Below the pieces are notes generated by a model, which was not told the origin of the DNA, did no database searches, and worked only from the letters and a program-made list of their open reading frames with translations. A stretch of DNA of 61,702 bases, filler included, from Sphacelaria rigidula (Eukaryota): NCBI GenBank assembly GCA_964200075.2. It is 10 parts of 10 records of this genome, joined end to end, with 100 filler letters (N's around TTAATTAATTAA, not from the genome) between each part and the next. Parts side by side here need not be neighbours in the genome. Positions count along the whole stretch, not along the records: positions 18,543 to 24,622 come from CAXNAA020022371.1; positions 24,723 to 30,802 come from CAXNAA020022372.1; positions 30,903 to 36,982 come from CAXNAA020022373.1; 7 more parts are not named here. One strand, 5' to 3'. The position numbers were made by a program, and so were the translations under genes. Below, piece after piece: positions 23,621 to 37,082 of the stretch (its first letter is position 1; every line of letters begins with the position of its first letter).

Positions 23621-24550
23621 TTTTCGCTTCTTTCAGCTCTCGCCGTGCGCACTATCCATGGTGATCGACGGTTAACAGCGTGCGTATCGATGTTGCAGGT
23701 TTTCAGGGGTGGTGCTTTCTGATTCGGAGGAGCTGAAGCTTGTGGCGGTGGCGGCTGCGCTGCGATGGGGTAGGGAGTACATGGACGCCTCCATTGGAAC
23801 GAAAACTGACAAGTGAGAGTTGCACACATACTTTTTCACTTTGCAACGAAAATTCGAACAAATATCTTTCACTTTTGTAATGCTCGCTCTCCGTCACGAT
23901 GTTGTAGTACGTGAGACAAGGAAACAATCTCTAATGCGTGAATCACTATTGATTGAACCTTTGGGAACGCATTGACGATTCTTGTTTTTGTGAATCGGCA
24001 TCATTTTGACTTGAAAATGACTGAAAATGATGCCGATTCGCGAAAACAAGAATTGTCAATCGGTTCCAATAGGGTTGAACTCGACGTACATTGATCACGT
24101 TGGTTCTCGCTTGGTTATTGGATGTTTTGATGTTTATTCATCTGTTTGTTTTGGGGGGAAAATGTACAGCACAAGACACGGCGGTGCAGTGTGCAGTGAT
24201 GCGCATCCATTTTTTTCATTTTCCCGGGGCGTGGGGGAGTGAACGAAGAGAGTCTGACGCACGGTCGATAGTCGTGCTAACAGCCTCCATGTGCGTGTGG
24301 CACACATCCTGGACAATGACAATTAGATTACATCATCAAAAGGTGTGCTGCGTACAGTATCGACTACAGCATCTATTGCGACACAGTCGATATATTCTAT
24401 ACTGTACGCAGTAAAGTATTTTGCAATGTAATCTTTTGTCCAGGGTGTGGTGTGGCAATGTGTGTGTGTGTGTACGCGCGCGCGCGTCACGTTGTTGAGC
24501 GCCTCCTCGTTCTCAGGATCAATTCGTAATTGTAAGGGAAAAATCGACCC

Positions 24551-24622
24551 CCCCCCTGGTCCGGCGTAGCCTGGTCCGGCGAGAACCCGGCGTGCTCCGT
24601 CCCGGCTTTGTAGGGGCGGACC
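24551..24622 (+). mobile_element. Fragment of the ~0.5-kb non-autonomous partner element
   Basis: CTGGTCCGGCGAGAACCCGGCGTGCTCCGTCCCGGCTTTGTAGGG, preceded by a C-run and cut by the contig end. Confidence 0.7.
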
Positions 24623-25665
24623 NNNNNNNNNNNNNNNNNNNNNNNNNNNNNNNNNNNNNNNNNNNNTTAATTAATTAANNNNNNNNNNNNNNNNNNNNNN
24701 NNNNNNNNNNNNNNNNNNNNNNGGAGAGATGGATTGATCCCTTGAGACCACGGACTCATCCCGAGAAAGGGGAGGGGTTCAAAGTGCGAGGAAAAAAAAA
24801 TAAAATATAGAAAATGAGACCAGCGTGTATACGTCATCAGATTTTTGGGCCACTTTTTTTCGTTTGTGGTCTATGGTATTTTCTTCGCGGCTTCTGATTC
24901 GTTTTCCAGCTTCTCACTTTTTCTTGGCCTCAAGTTCTTCACGTGGTCCCTGATTGTTTTCTTCAAACTGAAAACGTTTTTTCACCCACCCACCAGCCCC
25001 CAGCTGGCGGCCGGCCCCCTGCCCCGGTATACTGGTTCATGGTATGCGGTATGATGCAGGGTGTGTTGTCATCTTGCAGGTAGGTAACACGCAGGTGCGA
25101 CGCAGGCAGTCCAGCGCACCACCTTCAGCCAACTCGGTCTCCTCATTTTGCCGCAATTCTCACGTATGTCACTGCTGCCTTGTATTTCAGACGTCAAAAA
25201 TGATGGTCGTAACGTGGGTAAACGGTTTTCGTCCACATGATTCCAGATTGAAGACGAGGTAGCTAACACCTAGACTGTGATGACATCATCGGCAGCCAGC
25301 ACTACAATGGACACCACATCCTCACTCCTCACTGCTCGTTCTATGCCAAGCATGCATTCCAAACAACCCCGACGAACACATCCAACACATGATCCTCAAC
25401 CCCTGGGATGGTGTTCATTTTGTCTCTGCTATGGCAGCGTGCCACTGTGGCAGCGTGCCCCGTGTGTGGGAGGGTTGGGTGCTCCTCTCTAATTTCTTAT
25501 ACCTCTGGTACCGACACTCTAGCCCGATATGTCGAACCCATGGTCACTACTATTCCGTCGGCACAGCCCCAATAGCCGATTTTTCAGTACCTTCACTGCT
25601 ATTCGTCACAAGAGAGCTTAATATTATGATGCGGCTTTATTTTAGGCTGTAGAATAGGCAAAAGA

Positions 25666-25666
<1 letters not shown>

Positions 25667-25701
<35 letters not shown>
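25667..25701. repeat. (AG)n microsatellite
   Basis: Direct reading. Confidence 0.95.
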
Positions 25702-25703
<2 letters not shown>

Positions 25704-27249
25704 TCAACGAAGCAGAGGGAAAACAACAACCTCCATACTTTGAGAAACGACAAGAGGTGAGCGGTAGGGGGTTTCTTCTGGGAGAAAAAAAGAGCTCCCG
25801 AAAGGAAAAATGGTTTCCCCACTGAAAAAATAGACTCCGTTGCCTTGAAAAACGAAAAAATAGCGAAAACAAAAGAATGAGTCATTGTCCGGCTCCAAAA
25901 CAAGAAAGGATTTGTAGGCTGAAGCCCGCGGAGCAAAGGCCTAATTCACAGCCTATTGCAACAAATAAAATGTATCGATAGACAGCTTGCCCCCCCTCCA
26001 TTGTCACGGCAATGTTACATTTTATCCCCTGTCCCGAATCTGTTGTCGCCTACAAGAGCTATCGATAGACACTGGTGCCAGTCGATTATAGCTGACAATG
26101 AACGTTAACGGTCAATTTTTCGGGCTATTGCAACTGCAATGTTACATTACATAGTCTATTGTTCGGGGTATAAGCACCTCTCACCCACGCACAAGAGTAC
26201 CATAAGCGCTCAGTCCGTCAGATGAACAACCGTGAGTACCAACACCACACCAAGAACAAACCTCGTTCACTTTTTGTCCGCAAATATTGCGGATTCCTAC
26301 AGCATCTGCTGGTCCAAAATTGGAGAATCGTGATACCATGTATTCACAGGTAGTATCATCATCATCATCATATATGTATATATATACTGTATATATACCC
26401 ACTTCACGTTCACCTGCGGCCTCTCAACCGTCTTTCAACAGAATATAATATGCTCTATGCATGGTATGTTGCGATGTAGGTGCGGCGATAGACGACACAA
26501 AATGCCCATCAGTAGGTATTGTATACAACATTAGGTTGTGGAATGTATTCATCGATTTTCATTGCCGCCATCAATAGATATTGTAAACGATTCATCAAAG
26601 GCGATTGCCATCATCACCGTATTTGGTACACAATTTATCAAAAGCCGACGCCGTCATCCATATCTGTGGTACAGTCATTACCGTCGTCATCACTAGATGT
26701 GGAAATTTATTGAACCATGTTTTTGGTCGGCGGCAACAGTTTTCGGTGTAGGGCCACATGAAACTGCTGCCCAGACAACAGTGTGGGAAGTGGGTCTTTC
26801 GGTAGACATTGCCGACGACAATAGGAAGAGAAACTTGTCGATCGATGGCCATTGCCGACGACAGTATTGGCATCCACCACGGCAGGATCTATTGCTTGCA
26901 ACAGATGCCATCAATTGTCCAGGGTGTGATTTACTTCAACCGTATGCGCTTGATTGACAAACGTAACTGCGAGAGCGGGTTCCATGTTACGAAGACGACA
27001 TAGGCTTACTACAGTACAGTGTCTCTGCGCAATGCCACGATTCACGCACAACACATAGAAGGGAACCAACGAATACCTCCACTGCAGTAACTGACCCTCC
27101 GTCGGTTCTGGGGTTGGGATGTTCTTGAGTGTAGTGTGGCTTCCGAAACTAGTCGCTCCCAAAATGGAGTCCATGACTGCTGGGTTTCAGTGTGGTGGGT
27201 TTCTCGACTCGCGGGTACCCAACAGTTGATACGTGTCTCTCAGCGGGAA

Positions 27250-27330
27250 AAAGGCGGAGTCGAACCCGGGATGCCGTCTGTGGACATCCTTGACACGACG
27301 AAGCACAAACAACGCCACTAGCAGCAGCAA
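27250..27330 (-). mobile_element. Possible tRNA-derived SINE head
   Basis: Minus strand has TAGTGGCGTTGTTTG (A-box-like) and GGGTTCGACTCC (B-box); no full cloverleaf. Confidence 0.35.
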
Positions 27331-28326
27331 AGCACAAGAAGCAGCTTCCGCAACCGTACGAACAGATGCGACCTTACGGCGGCAGTACAGTACTCGAAGG
27401 GGGGAGATTTGTCTACCGTAGTCAACGTATCTGACTACTGACTTCCTTGTCCTGGGACGCCGTCCGCATGCCCATGAAATCAACATGGCAATATCGACAC
27501 CTGGTTGGATACCCGCCTTGTCGCTGTCTAAAATTCACACCCAAGGCAAACATGGGGGAGGGAACATCAACAGTGGACGTATGGAACCTCAAAGCCCTTG
27601 GGCCGGACATGTCTTGCATTCGTCACTCGAGCCTTGAAAGTCGGAACCTAAAAACCGGACGACGTCCACCATTCAGAGGAGGAGGCATTCCTTGCCGTAG
27701 TTTTCCTTCTTGTTTTGGCCGTTGGACCCACGTTACTTAATCTCCGCAAAATATGGAAAACCGCCTTCATGCAATAGAAGAAAAACTACTTCCAAGAACT
27801 GCGGTAACGAGCGTCTTCAAACAGTCGATGCGCTCCTCTTCTCAAAATTTGAGGCCCAGGCTGTCGAACATCAAGTGACAGGTTTCCGGCGGCGTTTTTG
27901 TTTTCGGTTTTGCTCAGTGGTAGCATCCAGAGCCAGACCGGAACCGAGTAGGTTCTGACGCCGCACTAGAAATGACCTGGTTCTCGACAAGCCAAGCAGT
28001 CATTGATACCTTGTTGACACCGATTATAATAGCTCTTAGCACCATCATAAGCTACAGTAGGATCTGGAACCACGCTCGATGCAAGCAGTTTTCGACACCA
28101 CGCAAATTGTATCGTTTTTCCTCACCACATGAGGAACATAAACATATCTGGGTGTCGCGCTGTGGACCGGCGAGAAGGGATCCGAGCTTCACAATACAAG
28201 ACTCAGAAGGGGTGCATACACGGAGTGGCTCGAAAAAAAACACTACAACCTTTGACACGTGCCCACCGCGGAAACGAAGTCTACACACTAGAACACAGAA
28301 TAGCTGTCGTTGTGTGGTGTTTCGAA

Positions 28327-28494
28327 GCGAGGAGCACGTGCAAGTCGGTCGTAGGGGCCAGAGAGCAGGTCGGGGGCGGGGAGGGAGGAGCGCACTGTCA
28401 AGCCGCCTTCGAAAAAGGCTTGGCAGTGCGCCCCTCCCTTTCCACCTCCACCCTGCGCTTTGGCCCCTACGACCGACTTGCACGCGCTCCCCGC
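28327..28494. repeat. Long inverted repeat / hairpin (about 78-bp arms)
   Basis: Includes a perfectly complementary 23-bp core, GTGCAAGTCGGTCGTAGGGGCCA / TGGCCCCTACGACCGACTTGCAC. Confidence 0.9.
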
Positions 28495-30087
28495 CTCTAG
28501 ACGTCATATATAACGAGAGATATTCTGTGCTCCAGTCTGCAGATTTCGTTTCCGCGGTGGGCACATGTATGAAGAGCGACATGAAATGCATCGGGGCCAA
28601 CGAGCGTTACTCCAAGCCACGACGATCGATAACGGTCTCCTCCCGACGAAAATGATTCGCGCTCAGGCCGTGTGTTGACGCAACAAGAAAAGTCAGAATG
28701 AAATGATGAGAATGATGACGAAAGGATGGTTCACAGCTTCATCATCACTGTAAATCACGCGCTGTTTCAGTCTCCAGAGGGGCAAAGTTATGATACAGTG
28801 CTCAAAATGCAATGCAAGGCTGGTGATGGGAATAAAGCCAGCGTGGTTACTGCCAATGATGGGAATAAGGCCAGCGCGGCCACCACCGGTGATGGGAAAG
28901 CTATATGTGTGCCTCATCAAGAGCCCAACAGCACAACCGTGGCAACCATTGTATGTCCCTCTCGCATCCTTATGGGATTGTTCTTCCGCTCTCACTCTCT
29001 TGTATTCCAAGCATATTTAATTTTGTGAGAATGATTCCCGGAGCGATGAGAATGGGGCATCAGCTCTCAACCGATCGGGAGGGACAGAAAACAAACACGT
29101 AACCGCCAGAGTCATTCTCAATCTCACGGTGTGCTCTTTCTCGCTTGTGTTGTCTCGTTAAAAACGGGGACCACATCATGTAAAGGCCGAACGCAAAAAC
29201 GCGACGCCCTGCACCCTGTCCACGTGTACCTTTGCAGGATCGTCAAACAGCGCAACAACTGAATGGAAAACGTTCACATACAATTGAATGCAAACGTGAT
29301 ACGCTATGGCTGAAGGACAAACCGAGAGGCAAAATAAAACTCACATATCTACCGCCACCGATACCGTCGCCGTCGTCGTCGTCGTCGCCATTGTCATCGT
29401 CAACATCGCGGCAGTTAGAGTACATGAGGTGAAAGGGCACGTGGTACGGCGAAAAAAAGAGATGAGCACCAAGGGATAAGAAGGGAGTGAAATGGACGCT
29501 ATTCCATATCGCGTACGAACATCAGACATGGTGAATGTGGTTCGTCTACTCCACCGAGATGAACGGCTTCTGCACTGAAATGCATGGGTTCTCCGGTATT
29601 AGGGTCAGGAACGAAAAGGTACGCAACAGGGGCGAGAGCATCCACTGCAGCCATGCGTGTTCAGCACACCAACGACAAGAGAACGTGGCCCGTCGTCTAC
29701 CAACTATGAAAAACACGATAGATGCGCCGAGACAGAACAGCCGCGCTGCTATAGGTAACCAAGTGTACCACTCCGTCGGGCGCAATAGCAACAGTTATTA
29801 CGCCTTGACTTATTTACCCCCATGTCTGCGGCATGGCTCATGTGTACCACGACAGGGCGGTGTGCAGTCCGCACGCACCCCACGGTGATACGAGGAATTC
29901 ATCATATTTCTACACCGAAAAACATCATCTTGTAGACCCCTGGGAAAAGGCAACCAGAAGACAGCTCTGGGGGGTATCGTACACTATCCCCAGCCGCCGG
30001 AGCTTGTCGCCACCGAGCTTTTGAGGGTGCCCCAGCCAATCCATTCGACGCACACAGCAGCTCGCTACTTTTCTTTGAGAGACGCAC

Positions 30088-30152
30088 CTCAACGTGCTCC
30101 GGTTGTAATACGCCCGCTGCATAGGCAGCGGTTCCTCGGGAGCCGGGGGCGC
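30088..30152 (-). CDS. Possible short internal exon
   Basis: ccgttacag| acceptor and AG|gtgcgt donor; reads APPAPEEPLPMQRAYYNRSTL. No homology recognised. Confidence 0.25.
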
Positions 30153-30902
30153 CTGTAACGGGGCCACATCAAAGATCGGTAGCCGGCACCCAAAGCAGGA
30201 GACATAAGACCAACAAGAGCATTCAGTCAGCAGACGCAGAGAAAACTCGTCATGAGTTGTCGCAGCAACGACGTACACGTCACCAGACGCAGAGAAAACT
30301 TGTCATCAGTCGTCGCAGTAACGACGTACACGCTTCAAATATCTGCATCTATATTCCGAGACGTGCCCTGACACTACGAGGTACGGCGTCAACGCGTGAC
30401 AGTGTTGATGTATTCTCCACCCCCAGACACACTGGCGTGGTCGACACCGGCGCAAGATCTCGCTGCTTTCTCGCCCACGGAAAATACAGCAGGTCATACT
30501 CCGCTAAACCAAGACCCCCCACCATGGAATGCCACGACAACGTATACAGCTTGGGTGAATGAACTAATCTCACGGACCAGCTAGTGACAGCGCACAGTCA
30601 GATCCATCAAAGGTTGGTGACGGATGGTACACGAAATCGTTTCCCAGATGCCGTGTTCCGAGCAAAATCATTTCGTGCTTTCAAAACGACAACATGGACG
30701 GGAGAGAACAGAGCAGGGGCAGGGGACGGGGGGTACTCACTTGTTGCTGGCCTTAATCGTTGGACCATTGACCAGAGCAGGCGATGGAGGGGCAACATTC
30801 CANNNNNNNNNNNNNNNNNNNNNNNNNNNNNNNNNNNNNNNNNNNNTTAATTAATTAANNNNNNNNNNNNNNNNNNNNNNNNNNNNNNNNNNNNNNNNNN
30901 NN

Positions 30903-31330
30903 CTGAGGGTTAATATATGAATAACTAAAGCTGCTGAAATCCATGTGCCCGTGATGGAAAGAGTCCACATGGCGATCTGATCTTGAGTGACAGAAGTCTA
31001 TGTGCCTGTGCACGCAGCGTGTTGCGGACAGCACGCACCCAAGCCTTGTAGAGACAGGACCGGACTGACAGTACACACAAGACTCCGAGATAGGTAGTGC
31101 TACTACTGTAGGACATCCAACGCATATATCACAACAGTAGTGTCCGTATTGTTGTCTGTGCTGCCCGTACAACCGAGCACTACACAGTGTAGCGAACTTG
31201 CGGCTCAGCTCAGGTCTGTGCATACAGCGTGTTGCGAACAGACGTAGCTTTGCATCACAGACTGCCTACGCACCTGAGCCTTGTAGAGACAGGACCGGAC
31301 TGACAGTGCACACAAGACTATGAACAGTGC
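30903..31330 (-). mobile_element. LTR remnant related to the gypsy LTR at 35167-35902
   Basis: 30903-31000 aligns with 35326-35403 (gctgctga..tgtgcccgtgat..cacatggc..gatcttgagtg.cagaagtcta). Internal direct repeat AGCCTTGTAGAGACAGGACCGGACTGACAGT occurs twice. Confidence 0.55.
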
Positions 31331-31496
31331 TACTGTTGTAGTACTACAGCCAATCAACGATGAACACTACGTTTCCAATGTTGATGGTGCGTCGATCACG
31401 TCAGATGGGCTACTTTGAAAAATTCTGTTGAAAATCGTGCTGTTGAAAAACGGCTTTTCTGATATTGTGTTTTTCATACACAAGAAGTAGCCTTAG

Positions 31497-31905
31497 TAGT
31501 GCATATCGTATCGAAATATCTTTATCGTCATCGTATCGAAAAAATCTCGATAAAACGATAACACGTGCGGGGTTGAGTATCAAGTTTTGCCGAATCTGGA
31601 CACGTCTTCTCCTAGGCTACGAGACCTTGATAAGACCATTTTCGATGGGAATATGAAGTGGAGCCATGTATCTCAACTTTCTCGTGTCCGGCTGCGCCTC
31701 CAGCGGGGCCGTCTCACAAGCCGCGCGCGCGGGGGGACGGGGACGGGGGGGGGGGTTGCGGGCATTTGGTGCTTGCACAGCGAGCGCCCGCTCGCTGCGC
31801 TCGCCAAGGTTAGGCTTCGCAGAAATTTATCGAAAAGTATCGTCATCGAACGCTGATAAAGTCGGTACTGTATCAAAGCGCTATATGGTCCGATATCCAA
31901 CACTA
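31497..31905. mobile_element. Degenerate MITE with hAT-like TAGTG termini
   Basis: Left TAGTGCATATCG, right CGATATCCAACACTA; many subterminal TATCG/CGATA motifs; no TSD retained. Confidence 0.5.
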
Positions 31906-34900
31906 TTTATGTTACGTTGATGTCTCATTCGAGATTTCAAAGTTACGTTTTGTTACATGTAATGCAGTATGAAACGTTTCATGGAACGTGTAACGTCTAA
32001 TATAACGTTTCATTGATACATGTAACGTTCGAATGTGAGGTTTCATTCTGTGCATGTTGCGGCTCATTTTCCAGTGTTTGAGGCGTTGTAACATGTTGAA
32101 CCCACCCAAGTCCCGGCAATTTTTCTCGACTCGATAGGTCTCGGAGAAGATTGCAAGTTTGGGCTGTGAAAAGTCTGCGGCTGTCAGGCCGAACATACAG
32201 GTATGTTGCAACCGTGTCGATGAACATTAAAATATATTCCTGAGGTCAAAATCCGCCTAGCTTCCGTTGCGGGCGTAAAAGGCGTAAAAGCTCTTGAAGG
32301 GTAGTTTTTCAGATTTCATCTCGTCTGCCACAAGGAGCGGGCGTTCCAGACAGGGTGAGTGTTACAAGTACAAGGGGATAGCCTGTGGAGATATCACAAT
32401 TATGTAGACTGCTCCTGGGCAAGGGACGCACATGTTGACTATATCAAGCCACCAGTACAGGCGTTGGCGTTGTCTCTGGACCTTCGTTGCTCACAAGTAT
32501 TCGGCCGGACGTCTGTGTACCCTAACCCTGTACCTCCATGACGCCATTTTACTGTCTCCGTGATATTTATTAGGACGTAAAACTAGATGCTGGGATTCTT
32601 CATGGGAGGCAATCGCCCAGCGTCGAGACTGAGATAACTTACGGCAGCAGATCTCTCCCTGCAGCACGGACCAGACGCACGTCATCTGCCCTTACCTGGC
32701 GAAGCAAACCGGTACGAGTTCAAATATATGTACCGTGGTGATTGGTTCCCAGCTAAACCGAGGAGATTGTTGGAACAAAAGATCTCTGTGGGAATTTTCA
32801 TAGTTCTTGGCATTCCACCGCTCATCCTGGAGCACGTTCGATCCCCAGAGTTGAGGATGGGGCGACAACAGGCGCCCGTTACACGTTTTGAAATATAGTC
32901 ATCTCTGTACTCAATATTGAACGACCAACGGGCAGAATCGATAGGGGTCTTGTTGACCGTTTTAGGCCCTCAACAGATATCTTCTCGGCTGTGGCGCGAC
33001 GGATATGTTGAGATGAAAAATACGGGTCTGCTATGCTCTTCACGGTCCGGCAATTTTCGTACTTTGGTGAGTTTCTGAATTTGTGGTCAATTATTTGTCT
33101 TCTGGAAGTTCCTCACCCTCATGGCACAATACTATCGAGAGTTTGGAAATACAAGCAGATCACCCTCATGGCACAATACTCAAGTTGTTGTCGGAGTGGG
33201 GCGGAGTAACCACCTTATTTATCGTGGGATGTCGGCCGTCACCGGTCAAAAACAGGTATAAATAAAACAGAACTCTGCTTCCATAGATTGCTTCCATCGA
33301 GCAAAAATGCCGAAGGTTCAGAAGCTACGAGTTCGTAGTCGCAGTGTCCCCCAATATCACTTCAGGCCGTCATTTTTTCAATATTCAGTGTAAATATCAT
33401 ATTTCAGAATGTGGAGTGGATGCATACATAGTATCTCCCAAACCTCAAATTTGAGGGTCGAATGTTTTTTGGGATAAGCGGTGGCATGCGTGAAAGTTCA
33501 TGTGAAACCGCACCTGCGAAAATATCACGAAAGTACTGCATTGTCTACCCTGTGGTAAAGACTGCTGAACATTGAGTGTTTTTGTACATTAATCGCCCAG
33601 CGCCATCACCTTTTCACCATCTTTTCGCGGTGGTGTATGCATGGCGCGAAAACGATACCATTGTGTTCCCTTTTGCAAAAACCAACAACCCAACCCCATT
33701 CAATCCCAAACCAAAACCAAAAACTCAACTGTTCCTGAACATTAATTGTTCCGACGCGCGGTTATAAATAGTATATAATGCAATGTTTCGGAAGGGGGGT
33801 TGGAGGTAGGTTGGGGTGGGATGGTTTGGATGATTATTTTTTGGTACAGGGGAACACAATATAATATGGATAATCTTGGTTACAAATCATATGTGTAGCG
33901 ACGCACACATTATACACTTGATAACGCCATACAAGAGTAACTACGTGTCATGCCGTCTTTTTTTTCTCACAGTAGGTGTGTCGACGAGCTGTAGGCTGCG
34001 CGGAGGAAAGATCTCCGATAAGTTCTCTGTACGACAGGCTTGCGGGACGAGCCCGGCCGCGACAGCGAGCAAGGTGATCACGCACGGTGCGACCGCCAAC
34101 GCCGCACCAATCTAACGAGTCGGATGAAGACGGTAAATTTGCCTGTGGCCGTGACGACGCAGGGTCTCTCCCGCCGACGCCGACAGTCAATGCGTATTTG
34201 AACCCGACGCCAGCGACGAAGATCACTCTGAAATCAACGAAGAAGACGACTTGTGAACTCCGGCGATGATTGTTCCCGGCGCAGCATAACCACCGATCGT
34301 GCTGACCAGCGTGCGAGGATACGCGGGCACACACTGCCGGTTTAGGTAGCCGCGGTGCCATAGCCATCTAAAGAAAAAGGAAGACACCTCCATTTTTTAC
34401 GACGTCATCAGCCGGGACTAAGTAGAGTGGCAACGTTATGACGCCACACTATGTTTTCAAGATGGCGATTCAGGACCGTGATGTCCCATTCGTCGATTAA
34501 GCGCGATGTAAAATGCAGTTCATGTCCCAACAGACTTGCAACTCACCTGCACCGCTTCTTCAGACAAACGGATACTACATCCACATTTTCCTTCCAGACG
34601 GAAATGATACATTCCATCAAAAGACTTTCCATCGCCAAAGATCACTCATCTTCAAGCACAAGAAACACTCGCGTTTTCTTTGCGTGGATACGAGCCTACG
34701 GATTTCGTAGTTCCTGCTCATTTCAACGCCAGCAGTAGCAATCATCATCTCCTACAGTCAGTGCCCACAAACCGCACGAAAAGAACTCCGCCGCGTGTCT
34801 GTGTGAGCAAGAATATATTAGGGTCCCCTCATCCAGCTTACAACAGTATATTGAAAACTGCTTCACCCTGACTCTTCGCCAGATACCATGCGCACTAGTA

Positions 34901-35157
34901 ACATACTGTAGGGAACATTCCACAAATGCAGGCCAGCATTTCACCCAGGACGTGCAATGCGATCTTTCTCGCAGCAAACGCCATGCATCATCCGTGCCAA
35001 CAATATCAGCACAACACACGCACCATAAATTAAATATCCACGCGTACGCCAGAATTCCACCCTGCACACGCGATGCGATCATACTCGCTCAACAACCCTG
35101 TTTCATGCGCAAACATGACCACAAACAACACAACAACAGGCTCCAACCTGTACACCA

Positions 35158-35913
35158 AGCCCCCATTGTTACCTAAGGTCAGGGACATTGTAGGTGGAGT
35201 TGCGGATCTGATTGCCGGACTCTGTGATGGGTGGCCTCCATGACGAGTAGAGTCGGTTTTGCCGCTCTAGTGGAGAGAGGCTATGGTCCTGTTCTACTGT
35301 ATATGCTGAGGATTAATACATAGATGACTTCAGCTGCTGAGGTCCTTGTGCCCGTGATTAAAGGAGTTCACATGGCAATCAGATCTTGAGTGGCAGAAGT
35401 CTACAATGAATGTTCATTAAGTCTGCTGATAGCGGTGGATCCGCTGACAAGCAGCTGACACTTCAAGATGGGGAAGTCTGCAGGCCTGATCAGTTTCCAG
35501 CAAACAAGACCTGCTCAAGGCCTGTAACGTCGCGCGGAGTTGGAGAAGCAGAGCCGAGGAGATTCTGAGACAGTGCTACGGTGGGCTGACGTATCGCTCG
35601 TGCGAGAGGTGCGGGGGGTTGACCGACAGCTGGCTAGCCCGTGCGCGTTCCAGAAAAAGCGGCGAAATTACCGTACTGCCTAGTGGAGTCAGCGAAGTTT
35701 GCGTGTTCCAGGCTTGGCCAGGTACGACCAGGAAGAGGAGTCTAAGGGCTTCGAACACGTGGTGAGACGCTGTGACCATTGTCGTTTTAAGGTGGTACAG
35801 CGTTTGGTGGCCAAGCGCGTCTTGGTGTAAGGAGAGACTTGTGCCCTACGATGTCAAGAAGAGAAAAGCATTCAATATCAGACCGCAGCAGGTCAAATCA
35901 CGATGCCCCCCCC
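35158..35913 (-). mobile_element. Gypsy LTR with PPT and tRNA-Pro-type PBS
   Basis: On the minus strand: G8 polypurine tract (35913-35906), LTR about 35902-35167 ending GGTAACA, then TGGGGGCT (35165-35158), complementary to the tRNA-Pro 3' end. Confidence 0.6.
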
Positions 35914-36055
35914 AGTATTATCCTAAAACACCAGCACGATCTACTCCAACATGTTAGGCAAATAATAACCAAGCGGTATACTCAACAAACACCAAATCGC
36001 ATAGTAGAATCCATGAACTACGCCAACAACCAATCACAGCTTGAAACCCAACCAA

Positions 36056-36982
36056 TCAGAGCTTAATCCCATACTTAGCTAGCAAACGCGTCCGTACATG
36101 CTTTGATACTTGCAACTTACGCAATGCAAAACATACACACTGCGGGGCTCCTTCCAAAATGGTTTCCAGTGGCTCTCACGAGATCTCGTCCTGGCCGAAA
36201 CCTACCCATTCCACGTGTACAACGAACCCATCACCGTTTTGAGCCTCGGACAAGTCAACGATCGCCTCCATCTCGAACTCCCCTAGAGTAAACGCATACT
36301 GGTACACTTCCTTGAGATCCGCAGTGACCGCCAGCTCCTTGCCCGCATTGTATCGTAGACGGAAGACAAGCGCGTCCCTCACCTCGCCATTCATGATACT
36401 CTGAATCTCGTACACATGTTGATGCTCCGCCGCCATGATCCTCCACGGTCCTGTTCACAGACTTACGAGTTTTGGCGTTGTTTCTGAGCGCCTAACCCTT
36501 GCAACCAACACATAGTCACCCACCATGAAATTTGGCAACTCTCCCTTACTAGCTACACGTCGTTACAGTTCACGAGTCTTCTCAACACGCTACGCCACCT
36601 TCTTGTGCACCGCTTGCTGCGCCTCCACGAACCGATGCTACCTTCTCCCGCAGCATGTCCTCATCCAGCACATCAAGTCGCCACTCACCGCCGGTCGACG
36701 ATGCCAGGGTTGAAAAACTTGTGCGCGGCGCCCGTCCAAACATCACATGGTATGGCGTACTGGCGTAGCGCTCGCGGGACGCCGTGTTCAATACCCACTG
36801 TACGGCAGACATCAGTCCCACCCAGCCACGAACGTCGCGCCTCTCTTCTTGCAGCATGGCCTTCAAAGTACGGACAGTCTCTCGCATCATCCTTTCACAC
36901 GTACCACTTGACCATGGCAAGTTTGGAACCGCGAAGCTCGGGTCCAGCTTCAGCGCCTTTTCCAGTGCTCGCATCACATGGT
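36056..36982 (-). mobile_element. Ty3/gypsy chromovirus-like pol 3' end (integrase plus chromodomain), degenerate
   Basis: PWSSGTCERMMRETVRTLK...WVLNTASRERYASTPYHVMFGRAPRT (integrase core), GDYVLV and TGPWRI (GPY/F-like), EFEMEAIVD...FVVHVEWVGFGQDEIS*EPL (chromodomain); frameshifts present. Confidence 0.9.
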
Positions 36983-37082
36983 NNNNNNNNNNNNNNNNNN
37001 NNNNNNNNNNNNNNNNNNNNNNNNNNTTAATTAATTAANNNNNNNNNNNNNNNNNNNNNNNNNNNNNNNNNNNNNNNNNNNN

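Noticed and set aside
28726..29028. ORF with a 33-bp tandem repeat (GDGNKASxxT)
   Set aside because: Only about 2.4 units, no convincing splice sites or homology; cannot be supported as coding.
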